A DNA stretch of 64,000 nucleotides from Verrucomicrobiota bacterium (lineage in GTDB: Bacteria > Verrucomicrobiota > Verrucomicrobiia > Limisphaerales > SIBE01): NCBI GenBank assembly GCA_021733945.1, contig JAIPJX010000002.1, positions 8,247 to 72,246 on the forward strand, read 5' to 3'. Position 1 is the first letter of the stretch; each line of letters opens with the position of its first letter. Both the position numbers and the translations under genes were made by a program. Under the pieces are notes generated by a model. It ran no database searches and had not been told where the DNA came from. It saw nothing but the letters and a program-made list of their open reading frames with translations. This document shows positions 17,584 through 25,480 of the stretch, in pieces.

Positions 17584-18864
17584 TCAGGTCCGGATCTGCC
17601 CGGTACCCAGGCAGTGCCATTTGTAGGTGGTGAGTTCCTCCAGCCCCATGGGGCCGCGGGCACCCACCTTGTCGGTGCTGATGCCGATTTCCGCGCCCAT
17701 GCCGAATTCGCCGCCGTCGGTGAACCGGGTTGAAGCGTTCCAATACACCGCTGCGGAATCAATCGCGTTGAGAAACCGTTGAGCCCGGGCTTCGTCGCGC
17801 GTGACAATACAGTCCGAATGCCCCGAGCCGTACTCGTTGATGTGGGCAATGCCCTGATCCAGGCCATCGACAATCGCAATGTTCAAAATCAGATCGTTGT
17901 ATTCCCGGTACCAGTCCTCCTCGGTGGCGTCCGTGACATTCAATCCCTCGATGGGATCCTTCAAAAGATCTTTGGCGGCCGCATCCACCCGCAATGCGAC
18001 ATGGCTCGCGGCCAGCCTTCTGGCGAGACCGGGAAGAAAGTCGGCCGCGACACTCCGGTCGATGAGCAGCGTCTCCATGGCATTGCAGACTGCGGGGCGC
18101 TGTACCTTCGCATTGAACGCAATTTCTCCGGCCATCTCCAGATCTGCCTCGGAATCCACGTAGACATGGCAGACCCCCTTGTAGTGCTTGATGACCGGTA
18201 CGCGGGAACATTCCGTCACGGCACGAATCAGACCTTCGCCGCCACGCGGCATGCACAGGTCAACCAGTTCGGTGAGCGAGAGCAGTTCCCGGATTGCTTC
18301 CCGGTCGGGTGTCGACACCACCTGCACCGCGCCAGCCGGGAATTTGGGGGAAGCGCGGCGTGCCGCATCCACCATCAATCGCGCAATCGCCTGATTCGAG
18401 TGGAGCGCTTCCTTGCCGCCGCGCAGGATGGTTGCATTGCCCGATTTGAAACAAAGACTCGCCGCGTCCGCCGTGACATTCGGCCGGGATTCGTAGATGA
18501 TCACCACCACCCCGATCGGAGCCGAGATTTTGCAGAGCTTCAATCCGTTCGGCCGGTTGCGCTCCTCCAGGAGGCGACCCACGGGATCCGGCAATGCCGC
18601 GACCTCCCTCAATCCCCGAACCATGGCCTTGATCCGCTTCTCGTCCAGTTTCAGGCGATCCAGCATCGGTCCCGACAATCCCGACTGCGCTGCTGCCGCC
18701 ATGTCGAGGTCGTTCGCCTTCCGGATGGCATCCCGATTGTCATCAATCGCTCCCGCCATTGCTTCCAGGCACAGGTTTTTCTCGTCGGACGTCAGCGTGG
18801 AGAGCTGGCGAGCCGCGGTCTTCGCCCGGCGCGCCAGTTGCATCATCTGTTCCGTCAAATCCAT
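17584..18864 (-). CDS. proA: Glutamate-5-semialdehyde dehydrogenase (gamma-glutamyl phosphate reductase)
   Basis: Full-length ProA-like sequence: ...ILRGGKEA, catalytic Cys context VCNAMETLL, and C-terminal ASTRFTDGGEFGMGAEIGIST. Confidence 0.95.
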   Translation of the reverse strand: MDLTEQMMQLARRAKTAARQLSTLTSDEKNLCLEAMAGAIDDNRDAIRKANDLDMAAAAQSGLSGPMLDRLKLDEKRIKAMVRGLREVAALPDPVGRLLEERNRPNGLKLCKISAPIGVVVIIYESRPNVTADAASLCFKSGNATILRGGKEALHSNQAIARLMVDAARRASPKFPAGAVQVVSTPDREAIRELLSLTELVDLCMPRGGEGLIRAVTECSRVPVIKHYKGVCHVYVDSEADLEMAGEIAFNAKVQRPAVCNAMETLLIDRSVAADFLPGLARRLAASHVALRVDAAAKDLLKDPIEGLNVTDATEEDWYREYNDLILNIAIVDGLDQGIAHINEYGSGHSDCIVTRDEARAQRFLNAIDSAAVYWNASTRFTDGGEFGMGAEIGISTDKVGARGPMGLEELTTYKWHCLGTGQIRT

Positions 18865-18908
18865 GGGGAGAACTTAAGCGATCCGGCCGAAGAGAAAAGC
18901 GTGAAGTT

Positions 18909-19538
18909 TCACGATTGAATCCAGACCAGGGTTCCTTCGGGAATCCGGTCGAACAGGGGGAGAAGATCCGATGCCGCCAGGTGAATGCAGCCGATCGAAG
19001 CCGGTCTGCCCAGGGTGCGTTCGTCCCCGATCCCGTGGATATAAATATACCGGTCATGGGAGTCGACGCCGTCCCCGCGATTGAATCCGGGTTCGAGACC
19101 TTCCAGCCAGAGAATCCGGTGTGCGATGGGGGCATCCGGCATTCCCTGTGAAACCAGACCCACCGGTTCGCGGGAACGAAACACGGTGCCGACAGTTAAT
19201 CCGGTCCCGATTTTTTCGGCCACCCGATGCAACCCCAGCGGGGTCTGGTTCGATCCTGCCGCCTGTCCCGTTCCCATTCGCGAGCTGGAAATTCGATATT
19301 GCTTCATGAGGCGAAACTGCCCCCATAACGGGCGGGCAGAACGGTGCGTCGTTCTCCTGAACAGCCGCATCTGCTGGGTCCGAATCGTGACTTCGAGAAC
19401 CTGGGGAGAGAGTGGCACGGAATGGTGCCTGGCCGACCGCACCATGGACGGAGAAAGCCGGGCGAAGCCTCGAGGAACGATCCGGGGTGTGGGCGACAAC
19501 CCCGCTCGGTCGTGGGTCGGTCGATCGGTCGGTTGCAC
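18909..19538 (-). CDS. L,D-transpeptidase (YkuD domain) family protein
   Basis: YkuD catalytic region HGIGDERTLGRPASIGCIHL, preceded by the beta-rich V.I....Q.L pattern (LEVTIRTQQMRLF). The start is uncertain: GTG 19538 or ATG 19445. Confidence 0.8.
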   Translation of the reverse strand: MQPTDRPTHDRAGLSPTPRIVPRGFARLSPSMVRSARHHSVPLSPQVLEVTIRTQQMRLFRRTTHRSARPLWGQFRLMKQYRISSSRMGTGQAAGSNQTPLGLHRVAEKIGTGLTVGTVFRSREPVGLVSQGMPDAPIAHRILWLEGLEPGFNRGDGVDSHDRYIYIHGIGDERTLGRPASIGCIHLAASDLLPLFDRIPEGTLVWIQS

Positions 19539-19540
19539 CG

Positions 19541-20857
19541 TTACTCCACGGATCGGACCGGCTTTGCGCTGACCGGTCGGGCCAGCTTTTTGACCAGCAC
19601 CTTTGAATTGCGTCCGCTCTGCGCATATTTCTCACGGCGCGACGGAGGCAGATCCTGCACCGTGCCCTCGGTGAAGCCGGCTTTCGACTGAAAATAGGTG
19701 AACGTCTGCGTCGACATGGTGATCAGTTCAGCAAAGCCCATGTCGCGGGCCTTTTCTTCGACAAAACTCACCAGCTTGCGCCCGATGCCCTGATTTTCGT
19801 GCGATGGGTCGACGTAGAGGCATGCCAGTTCCCCCTTCTTCTCGGCGGGATACGGATGCAGCGCCACGCACGCCACCGGGTTGCGGTCGATCTCAAAAAT
19901 ATAGTAGTCGTCGAGTTGCTTCTCGATCGTGAGCCGGGTGCGTTTGACCAGTTCCTCGATGGCCACAGAGGATTTGATCAGCGTGAGGATGCTCCGGATG
20001 TCCTTCTTGAGCGCGCGCCGGATCTGCTGGTATTCACTGGCATGGATCAGGGTGCCAATGCCTTCGTTGGAAAAAATCTCGGCGAGCAATCCTTCGTCCA
20101 CCTTCCCGTTGATGACATGCACCCGCGGCACACCGACGCGACAGGCGGCGACCGCATAAATCGCCTTCGAAACCCCTTCCGGATCCAGTTCCTGACGCCG
20201 GTAATGCAGAAGCTCGGCCAGTTCGTCCACCTGGATCTGATGGATCAACTGGCCATGCCGGACCAATCCGTCCCGGGTCGTCATGTAGATCAGCTTGGCG
20301 GCCTTCAGGGACTCCGCGATGGACACGGCCACGGCATCGGAGTTCACCCGGAATGTTTTTCCGTCCCCGTCGAATCCGAGCGGAGGCACCACCGGGATGA
20401 TTCGCGATTCCAGGAGTGTCTGCAACAACTCCGCATCCACACGCTCCACCTTGCCCGTGTACTCCTGATCGATCCCCTGAATGATTCCAACCGGTCGCGC
20501 AATCACGGCGTTGGCGTACGCCGCCCGCTGTCCATTGGAGGACAGCCCCTCCATGATCTCATGAGTTACCTGACTCGATGCTGCCAGCGCCAGTTTGAGT
20601 GTTGCCAGATCGGTGCGACCCCGACCATCCAGATCGGAGGCGGGGCGTTGACTCGCCAGCGCCATCGCCGCGATTTGAGCGGCCGCACCGTGGACCAATA
20701 CCACCCGGATGTTCAACGAACGCAGCAGCGCAATATCCAGAAGGATGTTTGCGAAGTTCTCGTCGGCCACGACCGCTCCGTCCAGGCTCAGAACGAACAC
20801 TTTCTGCCGAAAGCGCGGCACATATTGAAGGATTCCTCGAAGGTCGGTCAGTTTCAC
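19541..20857 (-). CDS. argA: Amino-acid N-acetyltransferase (N-acetylglutamate synthase; AAK + GNAT domains)
   Basis: N-terminal amino-acid-kinase fold (FRQKVFVLSLDGAVV...IRVVLVHGAA). C-terminal GNAT with the acetyl-CoA loop (HENQGIGRKLV). Confidence 0.9.
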   Translation of the reverse strand: MKLTDLRGILQYVPRFRQKVFVLSLDGAVVADENFANILLDIALLRSLNIRVVLVHGAAAQIAAMALASQRPASDLDGRGRTDLATLKLALAASSQVTHEIMEGLSSNGQRAAYANAVIARPVGIIQGIDQEYTGKVERVDAELLQTLLESRIIPVVPPLGFDGDGKTFRVNSDAVAVSIAESLKAAKLIYMTTRDGLVRHGQLIHQIQVDELAELLHYRRQELDPEGVSKAIYAVAACRVGVPRVHVINGKVDEGLLAEIFSNEGIGTLIHASEYQQIRRALKKDIRSILTLIKSSVAIEELVKRTRLTIEKQLDDYYIFEIDRNPVACVALHPYPAEKKGELACLYVDPSHENQGIGRKLVSFVEEKARDMGFAELITMSTQTFTYFQSKAGFTEGTVQDLPPSRREKYAQSGRNSKVLVKKLARPVSAKPVRSVE

Positions 20858-20888
20858 GGTGATTTATCGGTTGCCCGGGAACATGGCT

Positions 20889-22037
20889 TTAAGGATTCCG
20901 CGCGGCAACCCCGCCGGCGCTTGCCTCCAATCCGCTCCCGACTGAAACAATTTCTTTCAACACCTTCAGGCAGGCCTTGTTTTCCCGCTCGGTTCCCACC
21001 GAAATGCGAATCCAATCGGGAAGACCGTAGCCTCCCATCGGGCGGGTGATGATCCCGCGCTGCTGCAGTCCCTTAAAAACGGCGCTGCCGTCACCCACTC
21101 GCACGAGAACGAAATTTGCCGAGGAGGGCACAAACTCCAGCCCCAGGGAACGGAACGTTTCCTCAAAAAATCTTAATCCGTCCGCGTTGTTCTTGCGGGT
21201 GTTCTGGAGATGTTCCTCGTCCTGCAGCGCAGCCAGGGCCCCGGCCTGCGCTATGGAGTTGATGTTGAAGGGCTGCCGGATCTTTTCGAGACCGGCGATC
21301 ACCTCGGGTGCACCGATCCCGTAACCCAGCCGCAGTCCGGCAAGACCGTAGATCTTCGAAAACGTCCGCATCAGCAGGAGATTCGGATGTTTCCCGTCGC
21401 GGATGTGCGGCAGCAGATCGACCGGCTCGTCCAGAAACTCGACATACGCCTCATCCATGACCAGCAGCACGTGCGGCGGCACCGCGTCCACGAGTCGAAG
21501 CACGTCGTCCCGCGAAGCCAGGGTGCCTGTTGGATTGTTGGGGTTCGCCACGAAAAGAACCCGTGTCGCCGGAGTCACCGCCTCCAGCATTGCGGTCAGA
21601 TCGTGGCCGAGCCCTTTGGCGGGCACCGTCACCGGTGTTGCGCCAAACAAACGCGCGACGATCGGGTAGATGGCAAAACAATATTCGGAAACGACCACCT
21701 CGGCTCCCGGGCACATCAATGCGTGGCCGATGAATTCGATGAGTTCGTTGGAGCCGTTGCCAAGAATGAGGTTTCGCGGCTCGAGCGTGAGCTTCGCCGA
21801 GAGCGCACGTTTGAGGTGGAACGCGTTCCCATCCGGGTAGAGATGCAGCTGCGCAATCGCCTCGCGCATCGCCTCTGCGGCGCGGGGGGACGGGCCCAGT
21901 GGGTTTTCATTGGACGCAAGCTTGATGACGTCCTTCGTCGGGACTCCCAACTCGCGGGCCACTTCGTCGAGCGGTCGTCCGGGTTGATAGACCGGCAGCG
22001 ACTCCAGCACACGATTCAACTCAAGTTTCAAGGGCAT
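20889..22037 (-). CDS. hisC: Histidinol-phosphate aminotransferase
   Basis: LASNENPLGPSP, NGSNELI, and PLP-lysine context RTFSKIYGLAGLRLGY. ATG 22037 lies directly after the upstream stop. Confidence 0.9.
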   Translation of the reverse strand: MPLKLELNRVLESLPVYQPGRPLDEVARELGVPTKDVIKLASNENPLGPSPRAAEAMREAIAQLHLYPDGNAFHLKRALSAKLTLEPRNLILGNGSNELIEFIGHALMCPGAEVVVSEYCFAIYPIVARLFGATPVTVPAKGLGHDLTAMLEAVTPATRVLFVANPNNPTGTLASRDDVLRLVDAVPPHVLLVMDEAYVEFLDEPVDLLPHIRDGKHPNLLLMRTFSKIYGLAGLRLGYGIGAPEVIAGLEKIRQPFNINSIAQAGALAALQDEEHLQNTRKNNADGLRFFEETFRSLGLEFVPSSANFVLVRVGDGSAVFKGLQQRGIITRPMGGYGLPDWIRISVGTERENKACLKVLKEIVSVGSGLEASAGGVAARNP

Positions 22038-22039
22038 GC

Positions 22040-23131
22040 TCACAACAGTTTCAGAATCCGATTCACATCCACACATTTGGAGACCATATCCCGGATCAGC
22101 GAGATCTTATCTGTCTCATTCGGGCGCGTCTTCACGATCAGATCGTGCACCTTGGAGGCCACCTTGTAAATGTCCTGTGACGCGAGCAGAACGGGAAACG
22201 GCATTCGTTCGATCACTTTCAAAACATTCGGACTCGGTCGGATCTTGCCCGTCAGGACAATTCCAGCCATGCCGTCGTTTTGTTCAAACAAGGTGGTCAT
22301 GGCTGCGAGCACCAGATCGGCACGGTCTCCGGAAGCGATCAAAAGCACTCCGCTTCGCAGTTGACTCATCGCATTCTGCACGCTCATTGCTCCGAGCAGC
22401 ACGTCGTCCACCTGATTCAACAGCTGGCCGTCGTCGTTCAGCAGTTCGGCGTTCAACTCTTCGCGGATCAACCCCATGGTCGGTCGCGATAGGATCGCCT
22501 GATGCGGGATCACCCCCAGCAGTTCAATTCCTTTTCGCTTCAGGCCTTTCCGGGCGAACTCCGTGATGTAGTCGAGCTTGTCGGCCATGACCTTGTTGAC
22601 GATCACGCCGATGACCTCCACGCCCTCCTTTTCAAACAGGGCGTGATTCAGGGCCACTTCGTCGATCGGTTTGCCTATTCCCCCCTGGGTCACAATCACC
22701 ACTTTGGCGTTCAGCAGCTTTGCCACGCGCGCATTGGACAGATCAAAGACCGATCCCACGCCGGCGTGTCCCGAACCTTCGCACAACACAAACTCCTTTT
22801 CCCAGGCCACGCGATCGAAGGCTTTCTGGATCCTTCGGACCAGGGTTTCGTAGTTCGAGGACTGAAGGTATTTCCGCGTGAAATCCGGCTCGACGGCGAT
22901 CGGACTCATCTCAATCAGCGGACAGTTCAACTGGTAGACGTGATCCATGAGGACGGTGTCCTCGTCGATCGCGTGCTGATCGATCCTCACGAACCTCTGA
23001 CCAACCGGCTTGATGAATCCGACTCTCGGGTAGGTGAGCTGCAGCGCGGCCAGCAAACCGAGTGAAACCGTGGTTTTGCCGTCATTCTGCCGTGTGGCGG
23101 CGATAAAAACTCGTGGTGTTTCTGTATTCAT
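22040..23131 (-). CDS. BioD-like P-loop + DRTGG domain protein (equivalent to the N-terminal regulatory region of long Pta enzymes)
   Basis: N-terminus VFIAATRQNDGKTTVSLGLLAAL (dethiobiotin-synthase-like P-loop). The C-terminal half has DRTGG-like LLIASGDRADLVL. The ATG immediately follows the pta stop (TGAATG). Confidence 0.8.
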   Translation of the reverse strand: MNTETPRVFIAATRQNDGKTTVSLGLLAALQLTYPRVGFIKPVGQRFVRIDQHAIDEDTVLMDHVYQLNCPLIEMSPIAVEPDFTRKYLQSSNYETLVRRIQKAFDRVAWEKEFVLCEGSGHAGVGSVFDLSNARVAKLLNAKVVIVTQGGIGKPIDEVALNHALFEKEGVEVIGVIVNKVMADKLDYITEFARKGLKRKGIELLGVIPHQAILSRPTMGLIREELNAELLNDDGQLLNQVDDVLLGAMSVQNAMSQLRSGVLLIASGDRADLVLAAMTTLFEQNDGMAGIVLTGKIRPSPNVLKVIERMPFPVLLASQDIYKVASKVHDLIVKTRPNETDKISLIRDMVSKCVDVNRILKLL

Positions 23132-24229
23132 TCAGACTGCCCCCGCCCCCTCGGGTCCCTGGGAACCTTTCTCCTCCGTCTTCCTTGCCTGCTCCCGGCT
23201 GTGCTCCCAATACAACAGGTCATAGGCGATGGCCTGCAGGCCCAGGATGGCTGCGACTCCCAGTATGTCATGGGCATTCGATCCCCGCGAGACATCTGCT
23301 GCGGGTCGGTCCAATCCCAGGAGAATCTGACCATACGCGTTGGCCCGGGCAATGTGCTGCACCAGTTTGCTCCCGATGTTTCCCGAGTTCAGATCGGGGA
23401 AAATAAACACGTTGGCTTTCCCGGCCACTTTGCTGTCGGGCACCTTCCTGGCCGCGATCTCTGGCACCAGCGCCGCGTCCAACTGCAATTCACCGTCAAA
23501 TTCGGCCTCCAGGCGAAGGGTGGTCGCTTTTTCCCGTGCCAAAGTCGTCGCGGACCGCACCTTTCGAATGGTCTCGTGCGTGGCGCTGCCCTTGGTGGAA
23601 TACGAGAGCATCGCGACCCTTGGTACGGTTCCCAGCAGTTGCCGGGCGAGCTGCGCGGTGGACACCGCGATGTCGGCCAGCTGCTCCACGTTCGGGTCCG
23701 GAATCACACCGCAATCAGCCATGAACAACACTCCGTTTTCGCCAAAACTCAAATTCTCAATTTCCATGATCATGCAACTGGATGCCGTGGCTCTCCGGGG
23801 ACCCACCTTGATGATCTGGAACAGCGGACGCAAGACACTTCCGGAGATCTCGTTGGTGCCCGAGACCATGCCGTCAACCTGGCGCAACGCCACCATCATC
23901 GCTCCGAAATAGTTCGGCCGCTGCACGACTTCCATGGCTTCCTTTTCGGAAACCGGTTTGCTTCGGCGCACCTCGACATAATGTTTGGCAAATCGTTCGG
24001 TCTCCTCGCTCTGCTCCGGATTGATGATTCTCACTCCTTCCAGGGAAACATTCAGTCGTTCAGCCGCCTCCTTGACCTTCGACCTGTCTCCGAGGAGGAT
24101 GGGAACGCCCAACCTCAGCGAATAGAATTGCCGGGCAGCCTGCAGCACCCGCGGTTCGGTTCCTTCCGGGAACACGATCCGTTTCGGATGCCTCTGCAGC
24201 TTTTCGATGACACTGCCGATGAAACGCAT
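23132..24229 (-). CDS. pta: Phosphate acetyltransferase catalytic (PTA_PTB) protein
   Basis: IVFPEGTEPRVLQAA, AMMVALRQVDGMVSG, LSYSTKGS, IFPDLNSGNIGSKLVQ and ADVSRGS. The start is taken at ATG 24229 (MRFIGSVIEKL). The ORF extends to 24277. Confidence 0.85.
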   Translation of the reverse strand: MRFIGSVIEKLQRHPKRIVFPEGTEPRVLQAARQFYSLRLGVPILLGDRSKVKEAAERLNVSLEGVRIINPEQSEETERFAKHYVEVRRSKPVSEKEAMEVVQRPNYFGAMMVALRQVDGMVSGTNEISGSVLRPLFQIIKVGPRRATASSCMIMEIENLSFGENGVLFMADCGVIPDPNVEQLADIAVSTAQLARQLLGTVPRVAMLSYSTKGSATHETIRKVRSATTLAREKATTLRLEAEFDGELQLDAALVPEIAARKVPDSKVAGKANVFIFPDLNSGNIGSKLVQHIARANAYGQILLGLDRPAADVSRGSNAHDILGVAAILGLQAIAYDLLYWEHSREQARKTEEKGSQGPEGAGAV

Positions 24230-24280
24230 CCGCGTGTAGTACCCGAGCTGAGTCCAATCCGCAACACGCAAAGACAACCT

Positions 24281-24353
24281 AACTAAGGGACTAAGGGACA
24301 GGCTTATTGTTTTCAGAGTTTAAACTATGTGCCAGGCTCAAAGAAAATTTGAC
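24281..24353 (+). repeat. REP-like GGGACAGGCT-family motif copies upstream of RAYT-like gene 1
   Basis: CTAAGGGACTAAGGGACAGGCTTATTG (24283-24309) includes a tandem CTAAGGGA duplication. A degenerate copy, CCAGGCTCAAAGAAAATTTGAC, lies at 24332-24353 and matches the leader of RAYT-like gene 2. Confidence 0.6.
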
Positions 24354-24412
24354 TGCCGCCCCAACTCGGACGAGTTTGACGTGCCTAGTTCGTTTTTTAC
24401 TGGAGGTTTTTT

Positions 24413-25384
24413 ATGCGTCGACCCCGCCTGACACTCTCTGAGGTCACATGTGTTTATCATTGTATTTCCCGAATCGTCGCGGGTGAATTCCTGCTTTCGG
24501 AAGCCACGGCAAAGGAGTCTCTCCTGAATCTACTCAAACGTCAGGCGGCGTTCTGTGGCGTCCAGATCATTACATACAGTCTGATGTCCAACCATTTCCA
24601 CGTTCTGACCAGAGTTCCGCACCAAACCGAACTTTCAGACCAGGCGTTGCTTGGGCGGGTGAAGGCGTTTTACGGAAAGACCGCGGGCGAAACTCGAAGA
24701 CTCCAGGAATCGATCGCAACGATCGGGAAAATCCTCGACGAGGACCGCACCCGGCTCCTGAAAAGGATGAACAACGTCTCGACGTTCATGAAAGAACTCA
24801 AACAAAGCTTCAGCGTTTGGTACAACAAGAAACACAACCGCTACGGCACCCTTTGGTCGGAACGTTTTCGAAGTATCCTGGTTCAGGATCGACCGGATGT
24901 GGTGCGCACCGTGGCCGCGTACATTGATCTCAATCCTGTCCGCGCAGGAATGGTGGAGGATCCGGCGGATTACCGATTCTGTGGATACGCGGCTGCGGCT
25001 GCCGGTAATGCGCTGGAAATCAACGGCATAGCCAGTTTCGAAGGCGATGGCGAATGGCGTCGGGTGGTAGGGAAGTATCGGGAAACCCTGTTCTGCAGGA
25101 CAGGTGCAGGCCATGCGGGTGGGACGGATGAGCTCAATCTCGAGAAGGTAAGAGAAATCTGGAATGCCCACGGTGAGATGAGTCAATCGCAGGCACTTCG
25201 ACTGAGTATCCGATATCTGATCGACGGGGCGGCGCTTGGTTCACAGGCATTTGCAGAAGAAATGTTCGAAAGGTTTCGAGACAGGTTCGGCCCGAAACGA
25301 AAAACGGGTGCGCGTCGCCTGGGGCGCTTGCCGTTTAAACAATTGCGAACGCTGCGTCAATTGCGAGTCTCGGCGGTGCGGTAA
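24413..25384 (+). CDS. IS200/IS605-superfamily-like Y1 HUH transposase homolog (RAYT-like), paralog 1
   Basis: HUH motif SNHFHVL, catalytic Tyr context AAYIDLNPVRAGMV. 323 aa. Closely related to the gene at 55493-56467. Confidence 0.8.
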   Translation: MRRPRLTLSEVTCVYHCISRIVAGEFLLSEATAKESLLNLLKRQAAFCGVQIITYSLMSNHFHVLTRVPHQTELSDQALLGRVKAFYGKTAGETRRLQESIATIGKILDEDRTRLLKRMNNVSTFMKELKQSFSVWYNKKHNRYGTLWSERFRSILVQDRPDVVRTVAAYIDLNPVRAGMVEDPADYRFCGYAAAAAGNALEINGIASFEGDGEWRRVVGKYRETLFCRTGAGHAGGTDELNLEKVREIWNAHGEMSQSQALRLSIRYLIDGAALGSQAFAEEMFERFRDRFGPKRKTGARRLGRLPFKQLRTLRQLRVSAVR

Positions 25385-25480
25385 AACATTTCCGGGGAAG
25401 CGCAATGGTTCACGGGATGATCCCGGTTTTGCCGGGGACGAACCGTCTCTCCGGGTCCTCCCGAACTCTGGAAGCGGATT

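Noticed and set aside
17571-17879. 5' part of the 553-aa ORF 16218-17879
   Set aside because: It overlaps the 3' end of the confidently identified proA in another frame. A GTG at 17570, 13 nt after the proA stop, gives a non-overlapping gene.
24413-25384. Annotating the RAYT-like genes as complete, active IS200/IS605 insertion sequences
   Set aside because: There is no tnpB partner, no recognisable pair of subterminal hairpins at both ends, and no flanking duplication. The two copies have diverged substantially at the protein level, and only the 5' leaders share sequence. They are treated as domesticated or paralogous Y1 genes rather than defined mobile elements.
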